Positions 62,505 to 64,000 of a DNA stretch of 64,000 bases are shown here, in pieces. Source of the stretch: Gammaproteobacteria bacterium. GTDB lineage: Bacteria; Pseudomonadota; Gammaproteobacteria; Pseudomonadales; Pseudohongiellaceae. Location of the stretch: assembly GCA_009922595.1 (NCBI GenBank), contig RFVC01000001.1, positions 63,947 through 127,946 on the forward strand. The letters are read 5' to 3'. The position numbers were made by a program, and so were the translations under genes. Below the pieces are notes generated by a model, which did no database searches, was not told the DNA's origin, and saw only the letters and a list, made by a program, of their open reading frames with translations. Numbering within the stretch: the first letter of the stretch is position 1; every line of letters begins with the position of its first letter.

Positions 62505-63150
62505 GAATGTAGAACGCGCCTCTAAGCTGGACACGGCCACCATTAGTGACGCGCTGGACAAGCTGCGCATCAGCGGCCAATGTCTGGGTATCAAACCAAG
62601 GAACCATGATTTTCGTCTGGCAGGCAGGGCCTACACAATTCTCTATGGCCCGCTTGATGCTGACAACCCCGGTACCGTCGGCGATTTTATCGACAAGCTG
62701 GAAGAAGGTGCGGTCGTGGTCATTGATAACGGGGGAAGAGAGGATGCCACGGTTTGGGGTGATATCCTGACCTACCTGGCCGACAGGAAAAAGCTGGCCG
62801 GGACAGTCATTGATGGTGCCTGCCGCGACGTCCATCTTTGTCTTGAACTGGGCTATCCCATTTACAGCCGCTCCTATTCCATGCGCACAGGAAAGGACAG
62901 GGTGCAGGTGGATGGTGAACAGGTGCCCGTGAATATTGGCGATGCCAGGGTAAAACCCGGTGATCTTATGCGCGGTGATGCCGACGGTGTTATCTGCATT
63001 CCCAAGGAAAGGGAAGACGAGGTATTAGAGGTGGCTGAACAGATAGATGCCGCTGAAAATCAAATAAGGAAATACCTTGAAGAAGGAAAAACCATTGCCG
63101 AGGCAAGAAAAGAGATGAAGTATCATTCCTTGCAGACACCAGAGAAATAA
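62494..63150 (+). CDS. RraA-family protein, paralog 2
   Basis: TISDALDKL...VWGDILTYLADRKKLAGTVIDGACRDV...GDADGVICIP, 218 aa. It overlaps paralog 1 by 11 nt. Confidence 0.75.
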   Translation: MTDKNVERASKLDTATISDALDKLRISGQCLGIKPRNHDFRLAGRAYTILYGPLDADNPGTVGDFIDKLEEGAVVVIDNGGREDATVWGDILTYLADRKKLAGTVIDGACRDVHLCLELGYPIYSRSYSMRTGKDRVQVDGEQVPVNIGDARVKPGDLMRGDADGVICIPKEREDEVLEVAEQIDAAENQIRKYLEEGKTIAEARKEMKYHSLQTPEK

Positions 63151-63162
63151 AAGGGGAAAGTT

Positions 63163-64000
63163 TTGATTATCGATTGTCACGCTCATGTCAGCTCGCCGCC
63201 CCAATTAGCCGTTTACAAAGCCGGCCTTGTCAGTCACCGCGGTTCCCATGGACGTGGTGCCGTGCGCTATACCGACGAGCAGCTGATCGCCGCCTGGAAT
63301 AAAAAGGAAATGGCTCCCTGCGGCCACCTTGAACACATGGCCAACAACGGCCTGGATATGCAGCTCATTTCACCGCGGCCTTTCCAGACCATGCACTCCG
63401 AAAAACCCGGTTACCTGGTGGAATGGTATATCCATGAAGTGAACAAGATTATTGCCGAAAGCGTGCGGCTCATGCCGGATAAATTTTTCGGCGTAGGAGG
63501 TTTGCCGCAGCAGGGAGGAGAGCCCGTCGATGTTGTCTTCGAGGAGATGGAGCATTGCGTCAAGGAATACGGCTTCAAGGGTTTTCTGCTGAATCCGGAC
63601 CCCTATGAAAACGATGGCAACAAGGCGCCGCCTATGGGGGATAGTTACTGGTACCCGCTCTATGAGAAAGCCTGCGAGTTTGATGTGCCTCTGCATATTC
63701 ACACGGCTGGCTCGCGCAATCCCGAGCGAGAACCTTACAGTCTCTATTTTGTTAACGAGGAAACCACGGCGGTTTACGGGTTTGTGCAGTCCTCGGTATT
63801 CGAGGATTTTCCAGACCTGAAAATTGTGGTTTCCCACGGTGGCGGGGCCATGCCCTACCAGATAGGCCGCTTCAATGCCGGGTCCGCACGGTCAGGTGCC
63901 CAGGGTTCCATTAGTAAAGGCCTGTTCATTGACCGCATGCGCAACCTCTATTTCGACACGGTGCTCTACAGCAAGGAGTCGCTGGAGCTGCTGATCAAGG
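63163..64000 (+). CDS. amidohydrolase-2 family (LigJ / ACMSD-like hydratase-decarboxylase), 3' end outside the window
   Basis: Translated by hand: (L)IIDCHAHVSSPP...FKGFLLNPDP...YWYPLYEKACEFDVPLHIHT...IVVSHGGGAMPYQIGRF...LYFDT, with no stop up to base 64000. TTG start with AAGGGGA 5 nt upstream. It is absent from the supplied ORF track because it is open-ended. Confidence 0.8.
   Translation, partial: MIIDCHAHVSSPPQLAVYKAGLVSHRGSHGRGAVRYTDEQLIAAWNKKEMAPCGHLEHMANNGLDMQLISPRPFQTMHSEKPGYLVEWYIHEVNKIIAESVRLMPDKFFGVGGLPQQGGEPVDVVFEEMEHCVKEYGFKGFLLNPDPYENDGNKAPPMGDSYWYPLYEKACEFDVPLHIHTAGSRNPEREPYSLYFVNEETTAVYGFVQSSVFEDFPDLKIVVSHGGGAMPYQIGRFNAGSARSGAQGSISKGLFIDRMRNLYFDTVLYSKESLELLIK

Noticed and set aside
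63370-63837. 155-codon minus-strand ORF and 71-codon plus-strand ORF (63605-63820)
   Set aside because: Both lie inside the hand-translated amidohydrolase frame, which has strong family motifs.

Overview
Moderate-GC gammaproteobacterial chromosome segment. Gene order resembles Pseudomonas and marine Cellvibrionales; that taxonomic placement is inference only. No transposase, integrase, phage, CRISPR or recognisable defence genes were seen. Layout: (1) 1-17.9 kb holds the distal dcw cluster murF'-mraY-murD-ftsW-murG-murC-ddl-ftsQ-ftsA-ftsZ-lpxC, then an M23 peptidase, secA, argJ and mutT. (2) 17.7-23.2 kb holds yacG-coaE-pilD on the minus strand, a secreted MBL-fold hydrolase plus a DUF1080 lipoprotein where pilBC/pilA would be expected, then nadC, a retropepsin-like protease and ampD. 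(3) 23.6-37 kb holds aceE-aceF (three lipoyl domains), yajQ, an RND adaptor/pump pair, an unknown secreted protein, an alkyltransferase-like (ATL) protein, fxsA, and groES-groEL with a sigma-32-type promoter and a clean terminator. (4) 37-64 kb is the less conserved part. It holds a membrane-anchored coiled-coil protein and a secreted esterase. It also holds a tight four-gene secreted operon: a DUF1592-type haem protein, a Tat-exported DUF1552, a di-CxxCH protein and a periplasmic ankyrin protein. Further on are a decayed gene, a tannase/feruloyl-esterase lipoprotein, tRNA-Leu(UAG), oxyR, a Zn-ADH, an orphan ugd preceded by heptanucleotide repeats, and a divergent MetE-like/LigM-like pair. The last stretch holds an unknown secreted protein plus DUF6152, tesA-ybbA-ybbP, class I fumarase, two overlapping RraA/LigK-like paralogs and an open-ended LigJ-like amidohydrolase that is missing from the ORF track. 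The best candidate for an uncharacterised system is the 39.2-45.3 kb haem/ankyrin operon. Secondary candidates are the MetE-like/O-demethylase pair, the secreted-protein/DUF6152 pair and the tandem RraA paralogs. All family assignments come from reading the translated motifs and from memory of homologues; no searches were run.
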